This document shows positions 25,504-34,944 of a stretch of DNA of 64,000 bases, one piece after another. Origin of the DNA: a virus (Duplodnaviria > Caudoviricetes); IMG/VR virus record IMGVR_UViG_3300033073_001045, positions 1-64,000 of that record, one strand, 5' to 3'. A model generated the notes under the pieces. It was not told where the DNA came from. It ran no database searches and saw only the letters and a program-made list of their open reading frames with translations. The position numbers were made by a program, and so were the translations under genes. Position 1 is the first letter of the stretch. Each line of letters starts with the position of its first letter.

Positions 25504-28500
25504 TTTATTTCCTTTACCATCATTGTTCCATCATCCAGTGTGGATAATACAACTTTACACTTCATTCCATCTCTCATTTTTGCAAGAGACATTTTATACA
25601 TTGTTGGGAATACGATAACTCTTGTCAATTCCTTGTCTTTATTTGTAAGTATAATATGGCTCATCATCTTTCCAGCTTTAGTTTTATATGGAGTAAATTT
25701 AAGCACAACATATTCATCTTCTTCTATCTTATAATTAGATCTAAATAAATAGTCTACAAACAGGTCCTTTGAGCCCTCTTCAATATCCTTAACGGCAACA
25801 AAGCTAGCAATTCTATTATCACCAACAATCATAAAGTACATTTGTCCTACTTCAATTTGAGTATCTTCGCTATCAAATAGACCAATAGATCCAGTTTCAT
25901 CAACAAGCTCAACTCTTGACCAACCAGTTCCTCTTTTAATGGACTTAACCATTCCAAACATAACAAATGAGCCAAGGTCATCAAAGTCTTCAATTGGTCT
26001 TGCTTGAGCTTTTACTCTTGGTGGTAATCCATAAAGATTAAATGTAGGTATTCCAAGATACTCGTAGTAGTTATCTTTTTCATTACCTAGTCTTGGGTTA
26101 TCTCCAAAAGCTGCTGCGCCAATAGCATTTAATGAAGCTACTGCACGACTATTAATTCCGCTCCCCTTTTTAGAAGCCTTGGATACAAAATCAGAATAAC
26201 TTGGGTATGGTCTAAGTTCAATTATCTTATTTGCAATACTATCAGAGATGTATTTAACTTCAGCAAGACCAAATCTAATTGCATTATCTTGCAAAGAAAA
26301 GTACATCTGAGATTCATTTACATGTGGAAGCAATACCTTTAGTCCAAGTCTTTTTGCTTCAATTAAATATTCTGTTCTAGCATCCTTATCATTTTCATTC
26401 TTAAGGATTGAAAACATGAATTCAAGAGGATAATAAGTTTTGAGCCAAGCAGTATAATAAGAAAGCATGGAATAAGCAACAGCATGAGAGCGGTTAAAAG
26501 AATAACCAGCGTGAGCTTCAAACATATGCCAGAGGTTTTCGGCCTGCTTCTTAGTAATGTGCTTTGAAGCGCCATCAATAAATTTATCTTTGAACTGGTC
26601 GAACTCTTTTGCATCCTTCTTTTTACCAATAATCTTGCGGACCTTATCAGCCTCAGACCAAGACATCCCTCCTAAATATACGCATGCTTGCATAACCTGC
26701 TCTTGATATATAATAACACCGTATGTGTTTTCTGTAAAAGGCTGCATAATTGGGTGAGTATAGCTGACCGACTGATCACCGTGCTTACGCTTAATATAAT
26801 CGTCACCAACTGTTTTCATTGCACCAGGTCGCACAAGAGCATTTGATGCTGCTAAATCTTCAAATTTATCAACACCCATCTTAATCAAAAGATTTGTATA
26901 TGGTGTTGCTTCTGCTTGAAATACTCCCTTTGTATAACCCTCATTAAGCATTTTATATACCTTTGAGTCATCAAGCGGCAATGATGAAAGATCAATTGTT
27001 TTACCATGTCTATCCTTAATAGACTTTAAAGTGTCAGAAATAACAGATAACGTTTTAAGGCCTAAAGCATCTAGTTTAATAAGACCTATATCCGCAACAG
27101 TATCCATATCATATGCCACGACAGGAATTCTTCCTGATACTTTATCTTGGGAATCCTCACGAGATTCAACTGGGGCAAACTTTCTAATATCATCTTTTGC
27201 AACAACTACACCAGCTGCGTGTACACCCACAGATCTAATTCTTCCACGAAGTCTTTCTGCCAACCACAAAACCTCTGGATACTTTGCTCTAAACTCTTTT
27301 GTATTCGGAGATTCTACAAAGTCTTCAAAAGTATCAATTTGCTTAAGGGCTCTATTAACTTCCTGTAATGGTACCATGAATACACGAGCAGCATCTCTAA
27401 TAACGCCCTTATCTTTAAAGTAAGTATATGTAGAGATAGAAGCAACGTGCTTAAATTTCTTTTTAAGGTAATCCTTAACTTCTTTTCTTCTGCGATCTTC
27501 AAAGTCAGTATCAATATCAGGAAAGTCATTTCGTTCTGGGTTAATAAATCGGAAGAAAAGCAAATTATATTTGATTGGGTCTACGTCGGTGATACCAAGG
27601 GCATAGCAAACTAATGATCCTGCAGCAGAACCACGGCCAGGACCAACACGAATATCATTTTCTTTTGCCCAGTTAATCATGTCACCAACTACTAGAAAGT
27701 AAGATGCAAAATTCTTTGACGCAATAACGCCAAGCTCTTCATCTAATCTATCCTTATACTCTTGAGTTGTTAGGCCTAGTCTTTCAATTCCTTCTTCTGC
27801 CAGCTGTCTTAGCTTTTTATCTGCGTTTGTTTTTGGTACTGGAAGCAAATCAAGATTCTGATTAAAGTCATACTCCCCAACTTTATCTGCAATCTCCATT
27901 GTATTTGTGTAGATGTCTGTTCTAGAAATACCAGACTCTAGAAAGTCAGACTCAATCTCTGATCTTGTTTGAATAAACAAGTTCATATCCTGAAAAGAGA
28001 TTCTTCTATCTGGATATAGATAGTTAAATCTTTCAAGCATATCATTCATATTGCGTGACATTTCAAAGTCAGAGTCTTTATCTGCTTTAGGTGAAGTAGA
28101 AAGAATAAGCATGGCTTCCTCTAGCACCTTGTCTTCACCCTTTGCAAAGTGTGCATCACCAGTAGCAACTGGTTTAATCTTTAGTTCATCCGCAAGCTCA
28201 AGAAGCTTTTCATTTACTTCTTTTGGATTGTGAGATTGGACCTCAATGTAAAAATCATCACCAAAAGTTTGCTTAAAATCTTTGAGTAGAAGCTTTGCTT
28301 CAGAGAACTCCTGGCGTTCAATAGCCTTACTAATAAGACCATTAAGGCATCCGCTAAGTACAATAATACCTTCCGCATATTCCTTAAGCACCTCCTTATC
28401 AATTCTGGGTTTATGATAAAATCCTTCATTCCATGCAATCTCTTGCAAAATATTAATATTCTCTAAACCCTTTTTGTTTTTTGCTAGCAAAATAATATGG

Positions 28501-28766
28501 TTATAGGCCTGAACTGACTTATCTGTTTTAGAAGACCTATCAAATCTATCTGTTGGCGATATGTACGCCTCTACACCAAGAATAGGCTTAATGCCTAAAT
28601 CTCTAGCAGCAATCTGCATGTCACGGTGTGATGATAGTGTACCATGATCTGTAATAGCAATTGCTTTTTGTCCAGCATCTAGTGCTGCCTGACATAACTC
28701 TCTTGGGGAATTAAGCCCATCCATTAAAGAGTAATATGAGTGCACATGCAGGTGTGTAAAGCTCAT
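25500..28766 (-). CDS. dnaE: DNA polymerase III alpha subunit
   Basis: PHP motifs HLHVHS and TDHG; GPGRGSAAGS, PDIDTD, KLDALGL, GVFQ, YSFNRSHA. Start moved to ATG 28766. Confidence 0.96.
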   Translation of the reverse strand: MSFTHLHVHSYYSLMDGLNSPRELCQAALDAGQKAIAITDHGTLSSHRDMQIAARDLGIKPILGVEAYISPTDRFDRSSKTDKSVQAYNHIILLAKNKKGLENINILQEIAWNEGFYHKPRIDKEVLKEYAEGIIVLSGCLNGLISKAIERQEFSEAKLLLKDFKQTFGDDFYIEVQSHNPKEVNEKLLELADELKIKPVATGDAHFAKGEDKVLEEAMLILSTSPKADKDSDFEMSRNMNDMLERFNYLYPDRRISFQDMNLFIQTRSEIESDFLESGISRTDIYTNTMEIADKVGEYDFNQNLDLLPVPKTNADKKLRQLAEEGIERLGLTTQEYKDRLDEELGVIASKNFASYFLVVGDMINWAKENDIRVGPGRGSAAGSLVCYALGITDVDPIKYNLLFFRFINPERNDFPDIDTDFEDRRRKEVKDYLKKKFKHVASISTYTYFKDKGVIRDAARVFMVPLQEVNRALKQIDTFEDFVESPNTKEFRAKYPEVLWLAERLRGRIRSVGVHAAGVVVAKDDIRKFAPVESREDSQDKVSGRIPVVAYDMDTVADIGLIKLDALGLKTLSVISDTLKSIKDRHGKTIDLSSLPLDDSKVYKMLNEGYTKGVFQAEATPYTNLLIKMGVDKFEDLAASNALVRPGAMKTVGDDYIKRKHGDQSVSYTHPIMQPFTENTYGVIIYQEQVMQACVYLGGMSWSEADKVRKIIGKKKDAKEFDQFKDKFIDGASKHITKKQAENLWHMFEAHAGYSFNRSHAVAYSMLSYYTAWLKTYYPLEFMFSILKNENDKDARTEYLIEAKRLGLKVLLPHVNESQMYFSLQDNAIRFGLAEVKYISDSIANKIIELRPYPSYSDFVSKASKKGSGINSRAVASLNAIGAAAFGDNPRLGNEKDNYYEYLGIPTFNLYGLPPRVKAQARPIEDFDDLGSFVMFGMVKSIKRGTGWSRVELVDETGSIGLFDSEDTQIEVGQMYFMIVGDNRIASFVAVKDIEEGSKDLFVDYLFRSNYKIEEDEYVVLKFTPYKTKAGKMMSHIILTNKDKELTRVIVFPTMYKMSLAKMRDGMKCKVVLSTLDDGTMMVKEIK

Positions 28767-28972
28767 TAGTATCCGCCTAAACATTCATTTCTTGTATGAT
28801 AAAGTCTAATCTTAGTCATTATTTTTTTATTTGGTGCATATAACTCTTCACCACAACATGCGGTCTTTAAATACCACTCTTTTGCAAAAAAGTCATATAC
28901 TAATCCGCTTTTATTCTTGTATTTATTTGCTACAAAAGTTTCAAAAGGATCTGGTATTTCATATGAAATCAT
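28766..28972 (-). CDS. Hypothetical protein
   Basis: 68 aa; leaderless start. Confidence 0.7.
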   Translation of the reverse strand: MISYEIPDPFETFVANKYKNKSGLVYDFFAKEWYLKTACCGEELYAPNKKIMTKIRLYHTRNECLGGY

Positions 28973-28978
28973 GTGATG

Positions 28979-29007
28979 ATTCTACTAAATATTACAGGGG
29001 CAGTCAA
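28979..29007 (-). promoter_or_regulatory. Leaderless promoter for the dnaE operon, -35 embedded in the hairpin
   Basis: TTGACT-N17-TAGAAT-N6-ATG. Confidence 0.75.
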
Positions 29008-29026
29008 TAGACTGCCCCTGTAATAT
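28989..29026 (-). terminator. 17-bp perfect inverted repeat after ssb
   Basis: ATATTACAGGGGCAGTC-N4-GACTGCCCCTGTAATAT. Confidence 0.8.
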
Positions 29027-29032
29027 ATTTAA

Positions 29033-29704
29033 TTACCAGTCCATGCTGCTACTTGTAGCAGATGACTCTTCACTATGTCCGCCTTCGCCTGCAAAGAAGG
29101 CCTCTTGTTCAGTGTAAGGTAGGTCACGTACAGCTGTTGTCTCCAAATCATAAAGCTCCAAGCCTGAAGCATCAAATGGAGTTTCATCCTTGGCTAGAGG
29201 AATGATTGTATAGCTTGTGTCTGTCTTTGTGCCTGTGCGCTTAATGCGCCACATTAGATTTGTGATTGATCCCATTTCACCAGCATACTCAATGAGTGTT
29301 GGTGTGATTGTCTTTCCGCTGGAACCCTGTGAAAGAATTGCTACATACGGTTCTTCCTTGCCGTCATCAATAAGGACATTGATATAAAGTCGTGAGCGAC
29401 CTTTCCATCCAGCCTTATAGTCTTTACGATGCTGTTCACATCCGTAGCACTTACCCTGATCGTCCATAGAGCATAGGCCCTTACGTCGATAATCCTTTGG
29501 GTTTGTGTGCTCTACGGCAATAAAGCCAAGACCCTTTTCCGCATCATATGTTGGCGAATCTGGATCAAGTTCCTGAAGGAATCTTACTTTAACGCTTTCT
29601 GCATCTTCAAGCTTTGCCCAACGTGCCTTAACTCCGTCGCCACCGCTTGCCTGTGGTTTATCCATTACCTTATTTAGGTCTTTTAGTCCTTTAACGATAC
29701 CCAT
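29033..29704 (-). CDS. Single-stranded DNA-binding protein (gp32-like)
   Basis: KVRFL, H..C..CxxC Zn site, RTGTKTDTSY and an acidic tail ending in Trp; lies between primase and polymerase. Confidence 0.75.
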   Translation of the reverse strand: MGIVKGLKDLNKVMDKPQASGGDGVKARWAKLEDAESVKVRFLQELDPDSPTYDAEKGLGFIAVEHTNPKDYRRKGLCSMDDQGKCYGCEQHRKDYKAGWKGRSRLYINVLIDDGKEEPYVAILSQGSSGKTITPTLIEYAGEMGSITNLMWRIKRTGTKTDTSYTIIPLAKDETPFDASGLELYDLETTAVRDLPYTEQEAFFAGEGGHSEESSATSSSMDW

Positions 29705-29744
29705 TGTATCTCCTTAGTTATAGTTGATGGTATAGATCCATCTG

Positions 29745-30755
29745 TTAGTTTTTGTTATCATGGGCCCAAGATTGATATTCAATATTGGATACCGCATTAT
29801 TTATGCAGGCTTTAATTTCTTCATCAGTCATATCGCCAGCATCTTTTGCGTCATGTGGATATATCTTACCATATTCATGGGAAGCCCACAAGATGTCTTT
29901 ATTTCTGAGCCTGCTGCCTATAGAGTTACCCAACTCTCTTCCAGCTAAATCAGAATCCGTCATAATTATTATCTTATTAAAATACCTGTTTAATAGATTT
30001 AAGTTGTCTTGGGAAATGTGTCCACCAAGCGTAGCAACAACATTTGGAAAGCCAGCCTGATGAACACGGATAGCATCAAAGTTAGACTCAACTATGATTA
30101 CATTGCTACCAATTCTTTTAGCTCTATGAATGTTAAACAATGTCTTGCTCTTTGGAAGATTATTGCTATTCTTAAACCTTTTATCTGATATAGACCTTCC
30201 TACAATACCAACTGGAATTCCATCTGGACTATGAACTGGTGTCACAACCATCCCCATTGCATTTGAGTATCCAAGCTTAAAGTGTTTCATTGACTCTTCG
30301 TTAATGCCTCTAGATACAAGATAGTCTCTAGCATTTTTATTTCCAGCAAGATCAGCATGTAGTCTATCTAAAGTTTCCTGTGGGAATTCAACAAACTCTG
30401 GCTTATCATCAAGCACTGAATTTAACTCATCTTCAAAAGAATCTGTCTGAATTTTTCCATGAGACATAATTAATCTAAGTGCTTGAAAATCATTAACCTG
30501 CATCACTCTTTTTACAAGCTCTGTAATATTGCCAGACTCACCACATGATGGATTAAAGCATATCCAAGCACCAGAAGACTCATTAATACTACAGCTTGGC
30601 GTGTGAGTATTATTATGAAATGGACAATAGAAAGCTATCTGATCGCCGACCTCAGTAGATAAATTTAAACCAATTGTTTTTACAATTGCTTTAATCTGTC
30701 CTGCTGCATAGTACGTGGAATCAACTTCCCTTGTGATATGCCCTCTAGCCCCCAT
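29745..30755 (-). CDS. dnaG: DNA primase (CHC2 Zn finger + TOPRIM)
   Basis: CPFH ... C...C; IVESNFD; DSDLAG; KDAGD. Start uncertain (30755 or 30806). Confidence 0.9.
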   Translation of the reverse strand: MGARGHITREVDSTYYAAGQIKAIVKTIGLNLSTEVGDQIAFYCPFHNNTHTPSCSINESSGAWICFNPSCGESGNITELVKRVMQVNDFQALRLIMSHGKIQTDSFEDELNSVLDDKPEFVEFPQETLDRLHADLAGNKNARDYLVSRGINEESMKHFKLGYSNAMGMVVTPVHSPDGIPVGIVGRSISDKRFKNSNNLPKSKTLFNIHRAKRIGSNVIIVESNFDAIRVHQAGFPNVVATLGGHISQDNLNLLNRYFNKIIIMTDSDLAGRELGNSIGSRLRNKDILWASHEYGKIYPHDAKDAGDMTDEEIKACINNAVSNIEYQSWAHDNKN

Positions 30756-30982
30756 GCCTTCTTCTTTCCTACATATACTCCATGGATAGTCATTAAAAAC
30801 TTCCATGTTTGACCGTCAAATTCTACCGAAAATGCTGGGTCTATGTCAAGTACCCTAACATATCCTTTATCACGCATTTGGTGAGACAACATGCTTTCGT
30901 ATTGATGTTTTATTCTGATCATATCAGAATCATCCCTAAAGACTACATCAACTTGAAACCTTTTAATTCTTTTGTGCGTCAT
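30680..30982 (-). CDS. Hypothetical protein
   Basis: ORF between helicase and primase; start probably ATG 30982. Confidence 0.6.
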   Translation of the reverse strand: MTHKRIKRFQVDVVFRDDSDMIRIKHQYESMLSHQMRDKGYVRVLDIDPAFSVEFDGQTWKFLMTIHGVYVGKKKAWGLEGISQGKLIPRTMQQDRLKQL

Positions 30983-32207
30983 CCTGGAACGGATTCTCGT
31001 AAATCTCTTTAATAACACCCCTGTTGATGTCCCAGTCTAAGAACATATTAAACTCTTGTCCATGTCTGTTCTTTCTGCTCACAACCTCAATCATATTTGT
31101 ATTGGTATACTTATGGATTGCAATAGCCATATCAGCATCGTATTCAATAGCCTTTGACCAAGCAACCTGAGAAAGCATTGGTGGATTATCCTGATCTGCA
31201 ATGTCATCCATTGTTGCTGCTGTGATGTCAATTACTGGTATATTATTTGTCATGGCAAGCATTTTAAACTCACGAGACACATTCATATTACGCTCTGTAG
31301 CACCACTGCTCTTTTTATTATCAGAGAATAGCTGGTGATAATCTAGAATAACAAGGTCTGGCTTATGCTGGTCGATCTTTGCTTGTACAGTATTGGCATT
31401 AACTTCGCCCATGCCTTCATTGGAGACAAGAATAAAGCCGTTCTTGTTTTCAAACTTTTTATTACCCCAAGATCTTAGATTATCTACATTGACATCTCCC
31501 TTTGCAAAATCGCTAGCTCTAAACAAACCAGAGCCCATCATGGTATATATTCTATTACGCATATCTTCTGGGGACATTTCAAGAGATATAATCATAGGCT
31601 TAAAGCCCTGCTCCCAGGCTTTGCATGCAAGATATGAGGTAAACCATGTCTTACCACGTCCTGGCCAGCCTATGGCCACGATAAGGTGTCCTGGAGCCAT
31701 TCCTGTAGGGTATGCTTTATCAATTGCTTCAAAACCAGTTAGAATTCCTGGACTTCCACCCATTGCTGCTGATCTCTCTTTAACTGAGAGAAAATGTCTT
31801 TCTGCATCATCCAAATCCGTTACGTCAATATCTCTTACGTTATTTGTAAACTTGGAAAGTTGAGACAGCTTTACTTGCATGTCGCTAATAACTCTAGATG
31901 CGGCATCTTCTTTTAAGGAGGCACCGCTCTGCAAAATAATATTTTTTAATCTAGCAGTAAGAAATTCATTCTTAAGTTTATCTAAATAATACCCAGTTTC
32001 TGCGCTTGTATCCACTGGATCAAAATCTTTAAAGCGTTCCATAAGAACCCCAACTTCTGGAACAGCCTTAAATTTGTAATAATAAGATTTTAACGAATCC
32101 CAGATGTCTCTATGGGATGTAAAAATATCATCAATATTATCCGCCAATAATGTACTAATATCTTTATTTTTACATACAGCAGAGATTAGCTCTGACTCAG
32201 TATTCAT
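30963..32207 (-). CDS. dnaB: DnaB-like replicative helicase
   Basis: GWPGRGKT, SLEM, ILDYHQL, IEYDAD, KNRHG. Confidence 0.92.
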   Translation of the reverse strand: MNTESELISAVCKNKDISTLLADNIDDIFTSHRDIWDSLKSYYYKFKAVPEVGVLMERFKDFDPVDTSAETGYYLDKLKNEFLTARLKNIILQSGASLKEDAASRVISDMQVKLSQLSKFTNNVRDIDVTDLDDAERHFLSVKERSAAMGGSPGILTGFEAIDKAYPTGMAPGHLIVAIGWPGRGKTWFTSYLACKAWEQGFKPMIISLEMSPEDMRNRIYTMMGSGLFRASDFAKGDVNVDNLRSWGNKKFENKNGFILVSNEGMGEVNANTVQAKIDQHKPDLVILDYHQLFSDNKKSSGATERNMNVSREFKMLAMTNNIPVIDITAATMDDIADQDNPPMLSQVAWSKAIEYDADMAIAIHKYTNTNMIEVVSRKNRHGQEFNMFLDWDINRGVIKEIYENPFQDDAQKN

Positions 32208-32524
32208 TCTTCACCGCCCTCTACTAACTTTTTAGTTGCCTCTAATAAGGCTTTACGATTTTCAAAATCTTTTTCAAGCTGAGACTTTAAGTCGTCAATT
32301 TTATCAAAATTGTAAAAAAAGAAATTAATGGGGTGCCCAGATTTTGATGTTTTAAAATAGTATATTAAAAGCTCCTTGGCTCTGTCAAAACCAACGCTAT
32401 CAATTACATCTTGCATTGCCCATTTTTCACGAAACTTATTTAGTCTACATGGCTTATTATATTTTTCTTTATAAAGAGTTTCATATAAACTCAATAAAAT
32501 ATATGGTTCTTTATTATTTGCCAC
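32204..32524 (-). CDS. Hypothetical protein (possible helicase loader/initiator)
   Basis: Position upstream of the helicase; function inferred only. Confidence 0.6.
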   Translation of the reverse strand: MANNKEPYILLSLYETLYKEKYNKPCRLNKFREKWAMQDVIDSVGFDRAKELLIYYFKTSKSGHPINFFFYNFDKIDDLKSQLEKDFENRKALLEATKKLVEGGEE

Positions 32525-32717
32525 TCTTTAGCTCTTCTTCTACTTCACGTGTTTTTTCAACTAATTTAGATTCTACAAATCCATAAACACGTTCTGTTGC
32601 AGCGTCGACTGTTTCACCCTGTCTCACATCGTCCTCAACCCCGACACCAATTTTAATACTTTCATAATTTCCAAGATTTCTTGTAAAAGAAAGATCTACC
32701 TTAACTCTTGTTGTCAT
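32514..32717 (-). CDS. Hypothetical phage protein
   Basis: TRNLGNYESIKI motif; AAGGAG RBS. Confidence 0.7.
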   Translation of the reverse strand: MTTRVKVDLSFTRNLGNYESIKIGVGVEDDVRQGETVDAATERVYGFVESKLVEKTREVEEELKSGK

Positions 32718-32818
32718 TTGTGCTCCTTCATGTGTCTAGACAAACTATCGTGACCAAAAATTCCCCAACGAAGTTCCCACTCTTTTTTACAGACTGGGCA
32801 AATAATAAGCCTGCTCAT
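32714..32818 (-). CDS. 34-aa C2H2-type zinc-finger micro-protein
   Basis: Translated by hand: MSRLIICPVCKKEWELRWGIFGHDSLSRHMKEHK; starts immediately after the upstream stop and overlaps the downstream start (ATGA). Confidence 0.65.
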   Translation of the reverse strand: MSRLIICPVCKKEWELRWGIFGHDSLSRHMKEHK

Positions 32819-33304
32819 TTATTCCGCCTTCCATACTGGTACAAACTTTCCGTCTTCGGTCTTAGTATATAATATAAAGTTATTTTTGAGAAGGGCCTTT
32901 AATTCTGTTTTGGATGGTAGCTCATTTGAGTGACCAGCTTCAAGCAGAAATTCATGCAAACCAAGAATATCTTTTTGACTAAACATATATTGTGACCATT
33001 CGGTATTGTCTGGATCGCTTATTGAGTATATTTTACTTGGTGGCGGGATCTTGCCATCTAAAATATAATTTTGAATAGTTACACGGTGCCTATTTAAAAA
33101 TAAACCTACTTGAGCCACTGTATATGCATTTTCCATATTCTTTTTTACATCAGAATAAGAATACATTACTCGCTTTCTGTCTGGGTAACACCACGCAACC
33201 ACTTCATCCTTTGATCTAGATGACCTGATTACTTTATGTATTTTTTCATTTAAGAAGAAATACCGTAAAACTTTTGATTTGCTGTTTCTTTTTGGTCTAG
33301 CCAT
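32819..33304 (-). CDS. HTH (MerR/excisionase-like) DNA-binding protein
   Basis: YTVAQVGLFLNRHRVTIQNYILDGKIPPP. Confidence 0.7.
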   Translation of the reverse strand: MARPKRNSKSKVLRYFFLNEKIHKVIRSSRSKDEVVAWCYPDRKRVMYSYSDVKKNMENAYTVAQVGLFLNRHRVTIQNYILDGKIPPPSKIYSISDPDNTEWSQYMFSQKDILGLHEFLLEAGHSNELPSKTELKALLKNNFILYTKTEDGKFVPVWKAE

Positions 33305-33435
33305 TTTCCAAAAGCACTCGTTTCTTTATTAATCATCCATCTTTTACCGCACATAATACAGAATAGTTCCATGTGTAGTTTTTGAGAAAAAACTCTATCT
33401 ACAAAAACTCTTCCTTTACATTTTCCGCACCACAT
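33250..33435 (-). CDS. Zn-ribbon protein
   Basis: CGKC ... CIMCG. Confidence 0.7.
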   Translation of the reverse strand: MWCGKCKGRVFVDRVFSQKLHMELFCIMCGKRWMINKETSAFGKWLDQKETANQKFYGISS

Positions 33436-34235
33436 TATAGCGTAAACAACTTCCCGTCAACGACACATGAATAGTCAGGAGCAACGTGGATCATCTGAAT
33501 ATGTGGGTAGTCGTTAACAATATGAGCGATTGCAAAACCCTTTTGCCAATCGTGATGTTGCATATACTTCATTCCATCTGACTTCTCATCACACATGTGA
33601 CCTAATTCGTATCCACGAAGTGTTTCACCTTCTCCATTGTTTCTAAGTTCGTATGTAACAAGGTGTGATGCAATTCTATGTGAGTGTCCTCTGATTAAAG
33701 AGATCTGAAGGTCTTCCATATCCTTACGTACTGAGCCAGTGGATGCAATTGAGAGTCCATGGTGTACATGGATATCTCCAAATCGGCGCTTAGGCAATTC
33801 GTTATAATAAATATATTCATACCCCAATGAATCTAGACTCCATAGGGCCTCTGGTGTAACCTCGCTGATATAGTCTGGAAGCTTTGCATCAACATAGTTA
33901 AACACTCTAATGTCGTGGTTTCCAAGTGCCGAGAATAGCTGTGCGTCTGGAAGCATTTCTCTTGTCTTTGCATAAAAATCTCTTGCGCCTTTTGCTTCAT
34001 GGCGCATCATTGGAACAATTAAATCTTTGCTATCATTCTTATGATAGTTTAAAAACTCTGCCGAACGTCCTTCTGTGTACTTGCTGTAGCAAGCCTGATC
34101 ATCAGTATCACCAAGGTAGTCAACAACATCTGGTTTAAACCACTTCATTACCTTGAACCAAAGTGCGATCATCTTGTCATCCTGATATGGAAATTGCTGG
34201 TCGGATGAAATCATCCACTTTAAATCGTTACTCAT
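33435..34235 (-). CDS. Calcineurin-like metallophosphoesterase
   Basis: SDQQ, LGDTDD, GNHD, HHG, GHSH. Confidence 0.85.
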   Translation of the reverse strand: MSNDLKWMISSDQQFPYQDDKMIALWFKVMKWFKPDVVDYLGDTDDQACYSKYTEGRSAEFLNYHKNDSKDLIVPMMRHEAKGARDFYAKTREMLPDAQLFSALGNHDIRVFNYVDAKLPDYISEVTPEALWSLDSLGYEYIYYNELPKRRFGDIHVHHGLSIASTGSVRKDMEDLQISLIRGHSHRIASHLVTYELRNNGEGETLRGYELGHMCDEKSDGMKYMQHHDWQKGFAIAHIVNDYPHIQMIHVAPDYSCVVDGKLFTL

Positions 34236-34251
34236 TATCTGCCTTTATACG

Positions 34252-34276
34252 AAAAAAGTCACGAGTGCGTGACTTT
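34252..34276 (-). terminator. Intrinsic terminator/attenuator
   Basis: AAAGTCACG-CACT-CGTGAC-TTTTTT. Confidence 0.7.
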
Positions 34277-34277
34277 G

Positions 34278-34318
34278 ATGTTACACCGTAAGTGTAACAT
34301 ATTGAGTTATATTGTCAA
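34278..34318 (-). promoter_or_regulatory. Promoter with a palindrome over the -10 and start site
   Basis: TTGACA-N16-TACACT; ATGTTACAC-TTACG-GTGTAACAT. Confidence 0.6.
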
Positions 34319-34322
34319 TAGA

Positions 34323-34760
34323 TTATGCTAGTGTTCCAGATGCAAACATTACAAAGTCCATGGTTCCTTTAGTTGCCCCAGCTCCAGATCTAACAACAAA
34401 TTTCATTGAAGTTGTTGACACTGATACTATAACTGGATGAACTCTCATTTGTGTCTCAGTGGCCGTTGCTGGACCCTCTACTTGTATCCAGCATGCTGGT
34501 TCAGAAACAAAAGGCTTTTCAAATGTCCATGTATAATAAGCAGATGGAGTATTTGCTGGATTTACGCTTTTTGTTACTTTTTTAGATAAAATTGTACTTG
34601 CTACTTTTGCAGAAGATGTATCTGTTTGGTTAGTGATTTGAATCGCAGAGGATGACTCACCCTTTGCAATGAGCTCAATATTGCTAGCAATTGTTTTCAG
34701 AAGAGCAGCTGTTACTGGATCTCCATCATTAATTGGCATCTCTTTGATTGTTATCGCCAC
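34323..34760 (-). CDS. Tail-fibre-associated protein (H-type lectin/gp53-like C-terminus)
   Basis: WTFEKPFVSEP ... VSTTSMKF; GTG start with GGGAG RBS. Confidence 0.55.
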   Translation of the reverse strand: MAITIKEMPINDGDPVTAALLKTIASNIELIAKGESSSAIQITNQTDTSSAKVASTILSKKVTKSVNPANTPSAYYTWTFEKPFVSEPACWIQVEGPATATETQMRVHPVIVSVSTTSMKFVVRSGAGATKGTMDFVMFASGTLA

Positions 34761-34761
34761 T

Positions 34762-34911
34762 TTATTCTCCCTTTGGCTCTTCCTGAGCTTTCTGGCTATT
34801 AACCAGTTCTGTAATTTCTGCACGAAGAATTGCTACATGTGTCTCATATTGTGAGACCAATTCACCAATTCTCTGTTGAAGCGCCTGTACTACTAGTTCT
34901 GCTTTTTCCAT
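34762..34911 (-). CDS. Small coiled-coil protein (49 aa), possible fibre chaperone
   Basis: Translated by hand: MEKAELVVQALQQRIGELVSQYETHVAILRAEITEL...; AAGGA RBS. Confidence 0.7.
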   Translation of the reverse strand: MEKAELVVQALQQRIGELVSQYETHVAILRAEITELVNSQKAQEEPKGE

Positions 34912-34944
34912 TATATTCCTTTTCTACTTAAATGAATCATACCA

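Noticed and set aside
18373-32207. Inteins or introns in terminase, RecA, DnaE or helicase
   Set aside because: Protein lengths are ordinary, and no intein splice motifs or LAGLIDADG inserts were seen.
34761-34823. N-terminal extension of ORF 34323..34823
   Set aside because: It overlaps a better 49-aa ORF (34762-34911), and the GTG at 34760 has its own SD.
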